This document shows positions 41,530 to 49,649 of a stretch of 64,000 nucleotides of DNA, piece by piece. Below the pieces are notes generated by a model. That model had not been told where the DNA came from and searched no databases. It was given only the letters and a program-made list of their open reading frames with translations. The stretch comes from Flavipsychrobacter sp. (GTDB lineage: Bacteria; Bacteroidota; Bacteroidia; Chitinophagales; Chitinophagaceae). The stretch's first letter is position 1. Each line of letters starts with the position of its first letter. The stretch is from positions 74,603 through 138,602 of the forward strand of contig JBGAQG010000001.1 of NCBI GenBank assembly GCA_044220845.1, in the 5' to 3' direction. Both the position numbers and the translations under genes were made by a program.

Positions 41530-42435
41530 ATGAAACAACTCTTCAAAAAGTTCCTGCTTTATGCCGCTATCGTTACCGCCATCTACTGGGGTTACCTCAC
41601 CATCATGTCGGCCATATTGAACCGCGACAACCTGTACAAAGTAGATGCACAGAAGACAGTGTTGTTAATGGGCGATTCGCACTTTGCCTATGGCATCATA
41701 GACTCCAATATGGAGCACGTGATCAACCTGTCGCAGCCGGCAGACATGTATCTGTACAACTACCTGAAACTGCAGAAGCTGCTGCCGCAAAACCCACAGA
41801 TACGCACTGTGGTGATAGGGTGCGCGGGCCACAACATACAGCAGTTCTGGTCTGATGTTTTCCTTACCAAACAAGGCTTCACACAAGCCAAGGTGCAGAA
41901 CTACTACCACCTGCTAAGCGCCGCAGACATGTCCTACCTTCTTTACCACAGTCCGGAGCAGGTAATAAAAGGCGTAGTGGGCCTGCCGAAGTTAAAGACG
42001 CCCTATCTGCTGAAAATCGTCAGACACCAGCCGGTGACCCTTGAACAACTGAAGATCGGCGGGTACGCTTTTCATGATGACAAGCTGGACCTGAACAAGA
42101 ACCGCGCTGACGTGGAGAAGCTGAACAGAAAAGGAACCGATCAACTGGCCTTGTGGACCTGGCACATTGACTATCTACACAAAATAGTGAACCTCTGCAA
42201 GAGCCGCGGGGTGAACGTGATATTTGTGCGAACACCCGAACACAAACTGTTTCCGAAGCCTATAGAACCGGAATTTCAGAGGTTCCTGAAACGTGAATTC
42301 CCTGAAGTGCCATTTGCCGACTTCATAAAGATGGACCTCCCCGATTCCTGCTTTGCAGATCTGGATCACCTTAATTACTATGGCGCCAAAGTCTTCAGCG
42401 ATTCGTTCGCGCACTTCGTCGAAACGCTGCGATAA
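41530..42435 (+). CDS. MBOAT partner protein, SGNH/DltD/AlgJ-like (tentative)
   Basis: 301 aa with an N-terminal TM. It has LLMGDSHF (GDS-like block I) and a late DLDHLNYYG (DxxH-like). It lies immediately downstream of the MBOAT gene. Confidence 0.5.
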   Translation: MKQLFKKFLLYAAIVTAIYWGYLTIMSAILNRDNLYKVDAQKTVLLMGDSHFAYGIIDSNMEHVINLSQPADMYLYNYLKLQKLLPQNPQIRTVVIGCAGHNIQQFWSDVFLTKQGFTQAKVQNYYHLLSAADMSYLLYHSPEQVIKGVVGLPKLKTPYLLKIVRHQPVTLEQLKIGGYAFHDDKLDLNKNRADVEKLNRKGTDQLALWTWHIDYLHKIVNLCKSRGVNVIFVRTPEHKLFPKPIEPEFQRFLKREFPEVPFADFIKMDLPDSCFADLDHLNYYGAKVFSDSFAHFVETLR

Positions 42436-42550
42436 TTACGGAAGACCGTTAAAATAACGGGGGTTGGACAAATGAAAATAAACTCTAATTTTGTGCCACA
42501 CACCATTTGTTTGCTATTACCTGTACGTTATCATGCCACACCCCTCTAAG

Positions 42551-43543
42551 ATGTTGAAACAATACCTGCCCGCACTCATGTTGTTATTGCCCGCCAGTGT
42601 GTGGGGCAAGGCAAAAAAAGACACAATCACCACCAAACAGGGAGTGGAGATATTTGTAAAGAGCGATCAGTCGAAAAAGCTGAAGATCATTGCAGAACTA
42701 CAACTTTTGAACGCCGAAGCAGGGGCGAGCGACTTTGCCCGCATAGGGGCCGGATTCAATGCCGACTATATTCACCGCAAGTACTTCTCGGCCAACGCCA
42801 GTTACAAGACCACTTTTTACAGCTATTTGCAACAAAGCGAGGCGACAAAAAGCTACAGCGAAACCAACCTGAACCCGTTCAGTGCAGGCAGCGCGGGTGT
42901 GCGCCTGCACATAATGGACGGCAAAGGCTGGGAGCGCCGCAAGATGGTGCTTGATGCCTTTAAAGAACTGGACAACAAAGGCCAACGTCGCACCACCATG
43001 CGGTTTACTAAGGCGCGCTTTCCGTGCCGCCGCATATTCGCGGTGAGGGGCGGCGGCTACTACAGCACGGCACCCATCTCGACAAATATGACAGCGGATA
43101 TCTTCAAGCCACTTGAGAAGGGATCGCTGACCACCACTGATGGCACTGTGTTTGGCAACGACTACTACACCAACACGCGCACTATGGGCTTCTATGGCGG
43201 GCTTACCAGGCTCACGCATATGAAGATGAAGACCACCAGCACCATCAACTGGTTTGAAGGGGAGGCCAAACAAACGGCCATCTTCAAAGAGGTGTATGCC
43301 GACGTAATATTTGCCAACACCACCATAGACCCCATTCTGGTGAAGGGCAAAGAATATGCCATAACGCCCAATGCCCCCGGCAGCTTCAGTCTGAATGATA
43401 TAGGCTGGCGCATAGGTGGCCGGCTGATATCGACCCGTAAGCGGGTGAACATGGGCACCAGCTATGAGCTGGGTAGCCGCCCGGGCCTCAAACAAAGGGG
43501 CGCCTATCTGGCCATCGGGATAACGCTGGCGTGGGTAAAGTAA
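42551..43543 (+). CDS. Secreted, possibly outer-membrane protein
   Basis: The signal peptide MLKQYLPALMLLLPASVWG starts at the ATG at 42551 (track ORF start 42491). The composition is beta-rich. Confidence 0.5.
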   Translation: MLKQYLPALMLLLPASVWGKAKKDTITTKQGVEIFVKSDQSKKLKIIAELQLLNAEAGASDFARIGAGFNADYIHRKYFSANASYKTTFYSYLQQSEATKSYSETNLNPFSAGSAGVRLHIMDGKGWERRKMVLDAFKELDNKGQRRTTMRFTKARFPCRRIFAVRGGGYYSTAPISTNMTADIFKPLEKGSLTTTDGTVFGNDYYTNTRTMGFYGGLTRLTHMKMKTTSTINWFEGEAKQTAIFKEVYADVIFANTTIDPILVKGKEYAITPNAPGSFSLNDIGWRIGGRLISTRKRVNMGTSYELGSRPGLKQRGAYLAIGITLAWVK

Positions 43544-43609
43544 TTTTCGGAACTGAAAGAATATGTAACTTTAATTCCGCAATCCGATAACCTTCAAATT
43601 ATCAGCCTT

Positions 43610-44149
43610 ATGAAATGGTACATCATCGCCATCAAAAAATATGCAACCTTCACGGGACGCGCCCGCCGCAAGGAATTCTGGATGTTTGTCCTTTTCAATA
43701 TCATCTTCGGCATTGTGGTGAAGCTATTGGATGATATTTTCGGGCTGAGTTTTGATAAATCGGGGATGATGAACGGCGGTGTGCTGAATATGCTTTACAG
43801 CTTGTTTATCCTTGTGCCGACGCTTTCGATAACGGTGCGCCGGTTTCATGATATCGGTAAAAGCGGATGGATATACTTCCGGTTTTTACTCACCTCTATC
43901 ATTGCCACTATCATCTGGATCACCATTATCGTAGTGAAGCTGGTACAAGCCGGTATATCGCTTGATCCGGAGGACATTGACTTTACCGTGCTGAAACCTG
44001 CCATTGTACCAACGCTCGTTTACGGTCTCATACTGTTGGTGGTGGGTGTGTGGTCGCTTATACTTATGGTGCGCGACAGCCAACCGGGCACCAACAAATA
44101 TGGCCCCAACCCTAAGGAAGCTGAAGACTTCGTTCAGGTGTCCGAATAA
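43610..44149 (+). CDS. DUF805-family inner-membrane protein
   Basis: GRARRKEFWMFVLFNIIF and VRRFHDIGKSGW are typical DUF805 motifs. Confidence 0.85.
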   Translation: MKWYIIAIKKYATFTGRARRKEFWMFVLFNIIFGIVVKLLDDIFGLSFDKSGMMNGGVLNMLYSLFILVPTLSITVRRFHDIGKSGWIYFRFLLTSIIATIIWITIIVVKLVQAGISLDPEDIDFTVLKPAIVPTLVYGLILLVVGVWSLILMVRDSQPGTNKYGPNPKEAEDFVQVSE

Positions 44150-44161
44150 TAAACGGGCAGA

Positions 44162-44372
44162 CTTCCCAAGTGCGCAATTTTTTTGTTTGCTTCCCACTTC
44201 GGCGGGCAGGTTTTATGTAATTCGTTGATTTTCAATGAACGGCCCCTGCGCAGAGGGTTGGTCTACTTGGGAAAACTTCCGATTTACTTCCCCAAAACTT
44301 CTCACCTGCCTAGTCGGCAGGCAGGCTTACTTCCCAAAAACTTCCCACTTGCTTCCCACTTGCTTCCCAAAA
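44162..44372 (+). repeat. CTTCCCA repeat field, ending in four copies at an exact 11-bp period
   Basis: CTTCCCA-type words occur at 44162, 44190, 44287 (CTTCCCCA), 44330, 44341, 44352 and 44363. An inverted copy (TTGGGAAAA) is at 44266-44275. The last four read CTTCCCAAAAA/CTTCCCACTTG/CTTCCCACTTG/CTTCCCAAAAC. The CCTGCGCA-G-TTC-TGCGCAGG hairpin follows at 44373-44393. Confidence 0.7.
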
Positions 44373-44536
44373 CCTGCGCAGTTCTGCGCAGGCTGAGAAG
44401 TAAATTATTTCCGCAATATGACCCGTTAACCGACATTTTTCTCATCTATACATCAAGTTACTACCACCCGGCAAACTGAGCAAAAGAAAGATCTATGATA
44501 GTGCGATTTCTGTAGTGTCATAGAAATTTGCCGGGG

Positions 44537-44607
44537 GGAACAATAGTGGCGTTGATTGCTGTTTGTCTGAATGACGGATAAATTTCGATTACTCAGATTT
44601 CACGGAG
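44537..44607 (+). repeat. ~70-bp direct repeat, copy A (GGAACAATAGTGG...TGTCTGAATGACGGATAAATTTCGATTACTCAGATTTCACGGA)
   Basis: Aligns at about 80 percent identity with 45718-45790. The two copies bracket the AT-rich ORF 44862-45581. Confidence 0.75.
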
Positions 44608-44861
44608 TGTTTTTATATAAACCTGCCTGCGATAGACGAGTCGCGGATTAATTGAGACTGCACAGATTATGGATTGTCCGAACTAAGATTGATAAGATAT
44701 GAGGATGGTAGGATTTTGGACTGTGTGGACTTGTTAATTGACATTGAAAAGATGAACAGATGTATCGCAAACGAAAAACCTGGACAAGTGAGAAATTCTT
44801 ATCTTTATGTACAAGTGCACTTCATTGACAACTTGAGCATAAACCGACTTTATCGTCAAAA

Positions 44862-45581
44862 ATGAGAACATTCCTTTTCTTATTATTTTTTTCTAATTCT
44901 TGCATTTCATATTGTCAGTTATCTTCTGACTCTTTGATGAGGATCTGTCTTGCTAACTACTACCTCGAAAAAAATGACGATTTTACATCAGGTCATTGTT
45001 TCAATAGTAAACTATACAAGCGAGTGTCATTTGGTGACTATTTTGATTGTTACAATGTAATTGAGATTTATGAACTGACTGAGATATTGACACACAATCT
45101 ATCAAATCCATCAATAATTGATACATCATATTATGTAAGCAGGGAGTGTGCTAATGCGATTTATTTAGTAAATAGTGAGGACGGTCAAATAATTTCCCCA
45201 CGTGGATACGACACTTTTAATGAGATAATTAATTCTTGCTACAGAAAGGTTAGCAATCTTGAGAAGTGCTATTTGTATCTTTTATTTAACCAATTAACAG
45301 ACGGTGGTTTTATTAACAAGCGAGGCTATTCGGCTTATAATGAATTTGGAAATTCACTATCCGCGATAAGTGCTTTGCTATTTAACTGTTCACCTCAATC
45401 AAAAACTATTCCATGCTGGTTTTATGAGAAAGCTGACAATGAGATGAAAAAATCGGACGTAAATTGTATAAAATTGTTCACGTGCGCAAACCGGTCGAAA
45501 GATTATTTTGCATGTGGCTACACATTTATATTTGACACTAGTAACAATATATCAGAAATAAGGACGGAGTATTTTAATTAA
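44862..45581 (+). CDS. AT-rich hypothetical secreted protein
   Basis: 239 aa with signal-like MRTFLFLLFFSNSCISYCQ. It is Cys/Asn/Tyr-rich and markedly lower in GC than the flanks by eye. Confidence 0.55.
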   Translation: MRTFLFLLFFSNSCISYCQLSSDSLMRICLANYYLEKNDDFTSGHCFNSKLYKRVSFGDYFDCYNVIEIYELTEILTHNLSNPSIIDTSYYVSRECANAIYLVNSEDGQIISPRGYDTFNEIINSCYRKVSNLEKCYLYLLFNQLTDGGFINKRGYSAYNEFGNSLSAISALLFNCSPQSKTIPCWFYEKADNEMKKSDVNCIKLFTCANRSKDYFACGYTFIFDTSNNISEIRTEYFN

Positions 45582-45717
45582 GTTCTCTGAGTTAATACGC
45601 TATTTGATTAGCGGGCAAATTTTGAAAGGCATCCCAAATACATTCATAATAATCAAGACAAGACGCCACCATTTACATTTTTCAATAGTGGTTTTACAAA
45701 TAGTGTAGGATGAGGCA

Positions 45718-45790
45718 GGAACAATAATGGACAGACTGCAGTTATGTCTGAATCACGGAATAAATTTGGATTACTCAGATTTCACGGAAC
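45718..45790 (+). repeat. ~70-bp direct repeat, copy B
   Basis: GGAACAATAATGG...TGTCTGAATCACGGAATAAATTTGGATTACTCAGATTTCACGGAA. Partner of 44537-44607. Confidence 0.75.
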
Positions 45791-45871
45791 TCCGGTCGAA
45801 GTAAGGTTTTGTTTTGTTTAGATAGGATGTGAAAGTATATCGCACGAATACCACTGCAATTAAGGGTACAG

Positions 45872-46177
45872 TTATGCTGCCTGATAGAGCACCTTCCCTA
45901 CCCTATCTATGTGCGCACGAACATCGGGGTTGGCTATAGAGTTATAGTTCTGAATATCAAATTTGTACAACATTCCTAGTTGTTCGAGCGCAGTACCTAT
46001 CTCCAGCAGATCGTTCAGCCTGAGGTTGTCGCCCACAATTGCCAGATCGATATCAGAACCAGGTTTATACCTTTCCATTGCCCGAGACCCAAACAATATC
46101 ACCTTCCTCACCTGAGGAAAAGACACAAAAACATGTCTCACATGTTGAAGATCATCTGACCGGAGTCCGTATTCCAT
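45872..46177 (-). CDS. Minimal nucleotidyltransferase (MNT) - antitoxin of a HEPN/MNT pair
   Basis: 101 aa. LFGSRAMERYKPGSDIDLAIVG matches the GSx10DxD pol-beta NTase motif. Its ATG overlaps the upstream stop (TAATG at 46175-46179). Confidence 0.85.
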   Translation of the reverse strand: MEYGLRSDDLQHVRHVFVSFPQVRKVILFGSRAMERYKPGSDIDLAIVGDNLRLNDLLEIGTALEQLGMLYKFDIQNYNSIANPDVRAHIDRVGKVLYQAA

Positions 46178-46614
46178 TATTGAAATGTTGTGTTTTGGTG
46201 ACCACTCTCTTCGCTTTCCAATGTAGCCTGGAGATCTGCTAGGAGTGAGAAAAACTTCTCAACAACGCTTGTTGCTATTTCATCGGCAGTGTCACTATTG
46301 TAAGTATGAGAGGTAAGCTCTCTGGATTTTTTCATATTACGCCACCCCTTCTCATCGTTTATGTACCCGTCTTTCAAAGATTGCTCCAATACCGGATTGG
46401 GGCCCACTATGTCGGTATAACCTTTGTACACAAGCAGATCCTGCAGCGTCTTCCATGCTAATTCAAAGGTGTATTCAAATCTTTGAATCAGCCCCTCCTT
46501 CTCAAGTTCCGAAAGTGCAGTTAAATCAGCACCCTTTGCCACCTCACCCAATTTTGCCAGCGCCTTCTTATAGTTGCTGAACCGTTGTATCCACCTGATA
46601 TCCTTTTGATCCAT
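46177..46614 (-). CDS. HEPN-domain protein, HI0074 family (nucleotidyltransferase substrate-binding protein-like) - toxin
   Basis: 145 aa. LIQRFEYTFELAWKTLQD and RELTSHTYN (the Rx4H HEPN motif). Confidence 0.85.
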   Translation of the reverse strand: MDQKDIRWIQRFSNYKKALAKLGEVAKGADLTALSELEKEGLIQRFEYTFELAWKTLQDLLVYKGYTDIVGPNPVLEQSLKDGYINDEKGWRNMKKSRELTSHTYNSDTADEIATSVVEKFFSLLADLQATLESEESGHQNTTFQ

Positions 46615-46668
46615 TATTGAAGGAATTGACTGTAAAATACTAATTTTTTCATATGATTTAGTGTTACT

Positions 46669-48210
46669 TTACCCACCCCACCCTTCTCTGTCGAGGCTGC
46701 GGTATTGGATGGCCTCAGCGAGGTGCTCGGGACGTATGTCGGGGCTGGCGGCGAGGTCGGCGATGGTGCGGCTCACTTTCAGTATACGGTCGTAGGCGCG
46801 GGCGCTGAGGTTCAGTCGGTCCATGGCGGTCTTGAGCAGGTTGTGGCCCACAGGGCTTATCTCGCAAATGTCTTTCAGCAGCTTGCTTCCCATCTGTGCA
46901 TTGGCATAGATGCCGGTGTGTTCTTCAAATCGTTTTGCCTGTATCTCGCGCGCGGCTATGACACGGGTGCGCACATCGTCGCTGTTCTCGCTGGTCTTTT
47001 GCGACGTGAGTTCGCTAAACGGAACAGGGGTGACTTCAACATGCAGGTCTATGCGATCGAGCAAGGGGCCACTGATCTTGTTGAGGTAGCGCTGCACCAT
47101 GATGGGCGAACAGGTACACTCCTTTTCAGGGTGATTGAAGTAGCCACAGGGGCATGGGTTCATAGACGCTATGAGCATGAAGCTGGCCGGGAAGTCTATA
47201 CTTACCTTGGCGCGCGATATGGACACGCGGCGTTCCTCCATAGGCTGGCGCATTACCTCGAGTACGGTGCGTTTGAACTCGGGCAACTCATCGAGAAAGA
47301 GTACGCCGTTGTGAGCCAGTGATATCTCGCCGGGCTGCGGTATGCCACCGCCGCCAACAAGTGCGACATCGCTGATGGTATGATGGGGGCTGCGGAACGG
47401 TCGCTGCGCCACCAGCGATGTATTGCCGGGAAGCTTGCCTGCCACGCTGTGGATCTTGGTGGTCTCGAGTGCCTCGTGCAGCGTGAGGGGTGGCAGAATG
47501 GTGGGTAGCCGCTTGGCCAGCATGGTCTTGCCGGCACCGGGCGGACCTATGAGGATGGCGTTGTGCCCACCGGCCGCGGCAATCTCCAGCGCGCGCTTCA
47601 CGTTCTCCTGGCCCTTAACGTCGTTGAAGTCTATTTCGAAATGGCTTTGCGCATCAAAGAATTCTTCGCGGGTGTTTACCTTGAGAGGCTCCAGCACCAG
47701 CTTGCCGGTGAAGAAGTCTATGACCTCGCTAATGTTCTCAACGCCATATACATCGAGATTGTTGACGAGCGCGGCCTCGCGGGCATTCTCTTTGGGAACG
47801 ATGAGTCCTTTGAATTTTTCGGCACGCGACTGTATTGCTATGGGCAGTGCTCCTTTTATGGGTTTGACAGTGCCATCGAGCGAGAGCTCGCCCATGATGA
47901 CGTAGTCGTGCAGCTGGTCTTGTGGTATCTGTGCGGTGGCCGCAAGGATGCCGAGTGCAATCGGGAGGTCGTAAGCGGCGCCGGCCTTCTTGATATCGGC
48001 GGGGGCCATGTTGATGACGATGCGGGCACGTGGCCTGTCGAACCCGGAGTTCTGAATAGCAGAAATGACCCTGTCGGTGCTTTCCTTAACCGCATTGTCG
48101 GGCAGGCCCACAATGAACACACCTATGACACCACCGGGGGTGTCTACCTCTACCGTGATGGTTTTAGCATCTACTCCGTAAACCGCGCTGCCGAATAACT
48201 TAACTAACAT
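46669..48210 (-). CDS. comM: YifB/ComM-family Mg-chelatase-like AAA+ ATPase
   Basis: 513 aa. It has an N-terminal Lon-protease-like ChlI domain, Walker A GPPGAGKT, LFLDELPEF, and a C-terminal Mg_chelatase_C-like region. Confidence 0.95.
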   Translation of the reverse strand: MLVKLFGSAVYGVDAKTITVEVDTPGGVIGVFIVGLPDNAVKESTDRVISAIQNSGFDRPRARIVINMAPADIKKAGAAYDLPIALGILAATAQIPQDQLHDYVIMGELSLDGTVKPIKGALPIAIQSRAEKFKGLIVPKENAREAALVNNLDVYGVENISEVIDFFTGKLVLEPLKVNTREEFFDAQSHFEIDFNDVKGQENVKRALEIAAAGGHNAILIGPPGAGKTMLAKRLPTILPPLTLHEALETTKIHSVAGKLPGNTSLVAQRPFRSPHHTISDVALVGGGGIPQPGEISLAHNGVLFLDELPEFKRTVLEVMRQPMEERRVSISRAKVSIDFPASFMLIASMNPCPCGYFNHPEKECTCSPIMVQRYLNKISGPLLDRIDLHVEVTPVPFSELTSQKTSENSDDVRTRVIAAREIQAKRFEEHTGIYANAQMGSKLLKDICEISPVGHNLLKTAMDRLNLSARAYDRILKVSRTIADLAASPDIRPEHLAEAIQYRSLDREGWGG

Positions 48211-48602
48211 AACCTGCCTGCCGAATTAAAATTTTGATCGAGTAAATGTAAGAAAACGGTCCGTGTGCGAAACGGCGCCTACCTGCATGTTGCACTATTA
48301 CGGATGGGAAGCTCATGCACGAGAGGGATTGAACTGTTTCATGGAGTTGTTACACAGATGTTTTGCAAAAGTAGCGAGCACTGGGCAGAAATGACCAGGT
48401 ACAGGGTGGAAGATATCCACAAAATATGTGATGGGGGAGGATTGGAATTGGGCGGCATCAAGGTGAATACGTTCAGAGAACGGGTTTGATCCTAGTTCCG
48501 GTTCACCCCTGCGGGAAGAACCGGAACAACGTGCGCCAGAGGTGGTTAACGGGCGTTACAAACGCCACACCGCAGGATCCTCGTTACAAACGAGGACCAG
48601 AG
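47582..48602 (-). repeat. Tandem duplication unit, copy 1 (comM codons 1-~210 + upstream region + hairpin element R1)
   Basis: Collinear with 48615-49630. The offset is 1033 nt at the left edge and 1028 nt at the right. Confidence 0.9.
48491..48602. repeat. Structured repeat R1 (three hairpins, ends in GTTACAAACGAGGACCAGAG)
   Basis: Hairpin 1 pairs GTTCCGGTTC with GAACCGGAAC (48495-48527). Hairpin 2 is GGCGTT-ACA-AACGCC (48552-48566). Hairpin 3 is TCCTCGTT-ACA-AACGAGGA (48578-48596). Confidence 0.85.
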
Positions 48603-49243
48603 TGGGGCGCAGCTATCTCCAGCGCGCGCTTCACGTTCTCCTGGCCCTTAACGTCGTTGAAGTCTATTTCGAAATGGCTTTGGGCGTCAAAGAATTCTTC
48701 GCGGGTGTTTACCTTGAGGGGCTCCAGCACCAGCTTGCCGGTGAAGAAGTCTATGACCTCGCTAATGTTCTCAACGCCATATACATCGAGATTGTTGACG
48801 AGCGCGGCCTCGCGGGCATTCTCTTTGGGCACTATGAGTCCTTTGAATTTTTCGGCACGCGACTGTATGGCTATGGGCAGTGCTCCTTTTATGGGCTTGA
48901 CAGTGCCATCAAGCGAGAGCTCGCCCATGATGACGTAGTCGTGCAGCTGGTCTTGTGGTATCTGTGCGGTGGCAGCAAGGATGCCGAGGGCTATGGGGAG
49001 GTCGTAGGCGGCGCCGGCCTTTTTGATGTCGGCGGGGGCCATGTTGATGACGATGCGGGCACGCGGCCTGTCGAACCCTGAGTTTTGAATGGCGGAAATG
49101 ACCCTGTCGGTGCTTTCCTTCACTGCATTGTCGGGCAGGCCCACAATGAACACGCCGATAACACCACCGGGGGTGTCTACCTCTACTGTGATGGTCTTAG
49201 CATCTACTCCGTAAACCGCGCTGCCGAATAACTTAACTAACAT
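48584..49243 (-). pseudogene. Truncated second copy of the comM 5' end (N-terminal 212 aa identical to ComM, then 7 unrelated residues and a stop)
   Basis: The ORF translation is identical to 46669-48210 through KRALEIAA. Walker A and everything downstream are missing. It may be expressed rather than dead (see findings). Confidence 0.85.
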
Positions 49244-49630
49244 AACCTGCCTGCCGAATTAATGTTTTTGATTGCGTAAATGTAAGAAAACGGGCCATGT
49301 GCGAAACAGGTGCCTGTCTGCATGCTGCACTATTGCGGATGGGGAGCTCATGCACGAGAAGGATTGAACTGTTTCATGGAGTTGTTGCACAGATGTTTTG
49401 CAAAAGTAGCGAGCAAGGGGCAGAAATGACCAAGTACAGGGGGGAAGATATCCACAAAATATGTGATGGGGGAGGGAATGAGTTGGGCTGCTTCAAGATG
49501 AATACGTTCAGAGAACGGGTTTGATTCTTAGTTCCAGTTCACCCCTGCGGGAAGAACCGGAACAACGTCGTTTTTAACGGGCGTTACAAACGCCACACCA
49601 CAGGATCCTCGTTACAAACGAGGACCAGAG
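48615..49630 (-). repeat. Tandem duplication unit, copy 2
   Basis: See copy 1. Confidence 0.9.
49527..49630. repeat. Structured repeat R2
   Basis: Same three-hairpin architecture as R1, with an ~8-nt deletion and a few substitutions. It ends with the identical 20-mer at 49611-49630. Confidence 0.85.
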
Positions 49631-49649
49631 GGAGCAAAGGAATATTTTT

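Noticed and set aside
44465-44536. 9-bp perfect inverted repeat CCCGGCAAA / TTTGCCGGG enclosing a second inverted repeat (CTATGA / TCATAG)
   Set aside because: It could be a structured RNA or a recombination site. The internal loops are very asymmetric and I have no second copy for covariation, so I do not call it as a feature.
44183-44865. ORFs 44183-44479 and 44674-44865
   Set aside because: Both are made entirely of repeat modules (CTTCCCA words and the GATTGATAAGAT module) that recur in non-coding contexts elsewhere in the window.
48265-48489. 74-aa plus-strand ORF upstream of comM, and its duplicate at 49297-49524
   Set aside because: The two copies differ by many non-synonymous changes and indels (for example GIELFHGVVTQ... 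versus RIELFHGVVAQ..., and LELGGIKVN versus NELGCFKMN). The overlapping comM copies show only synonymous change. This behaves as non-coding 5' region; a TACTTTTG -7-like box on the minus strand at 48366-48373 is conserved in copy 2 at 49401-49408.
48478-48500. GGGTTTGATCC resembles a tRNA T-loop, which would imply a tRNA-fragment att site
   Set aside because: The flanking bases cannot form a T-stem or acceptor stem, and I could not draw a cloverleaf.
48495-48527. Hairpin GTTCCGGTTCACCCCTGCGGGAAGAACCGGAAC looks superficially like a type I-E CRISPR repeat
   Set aside because: There are only three copies, spaced 1.0-1.5 kb apart. The sequences between them are homologous to each other or are genes, not unique 30-40 nt spacers. 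No cas genes are present.
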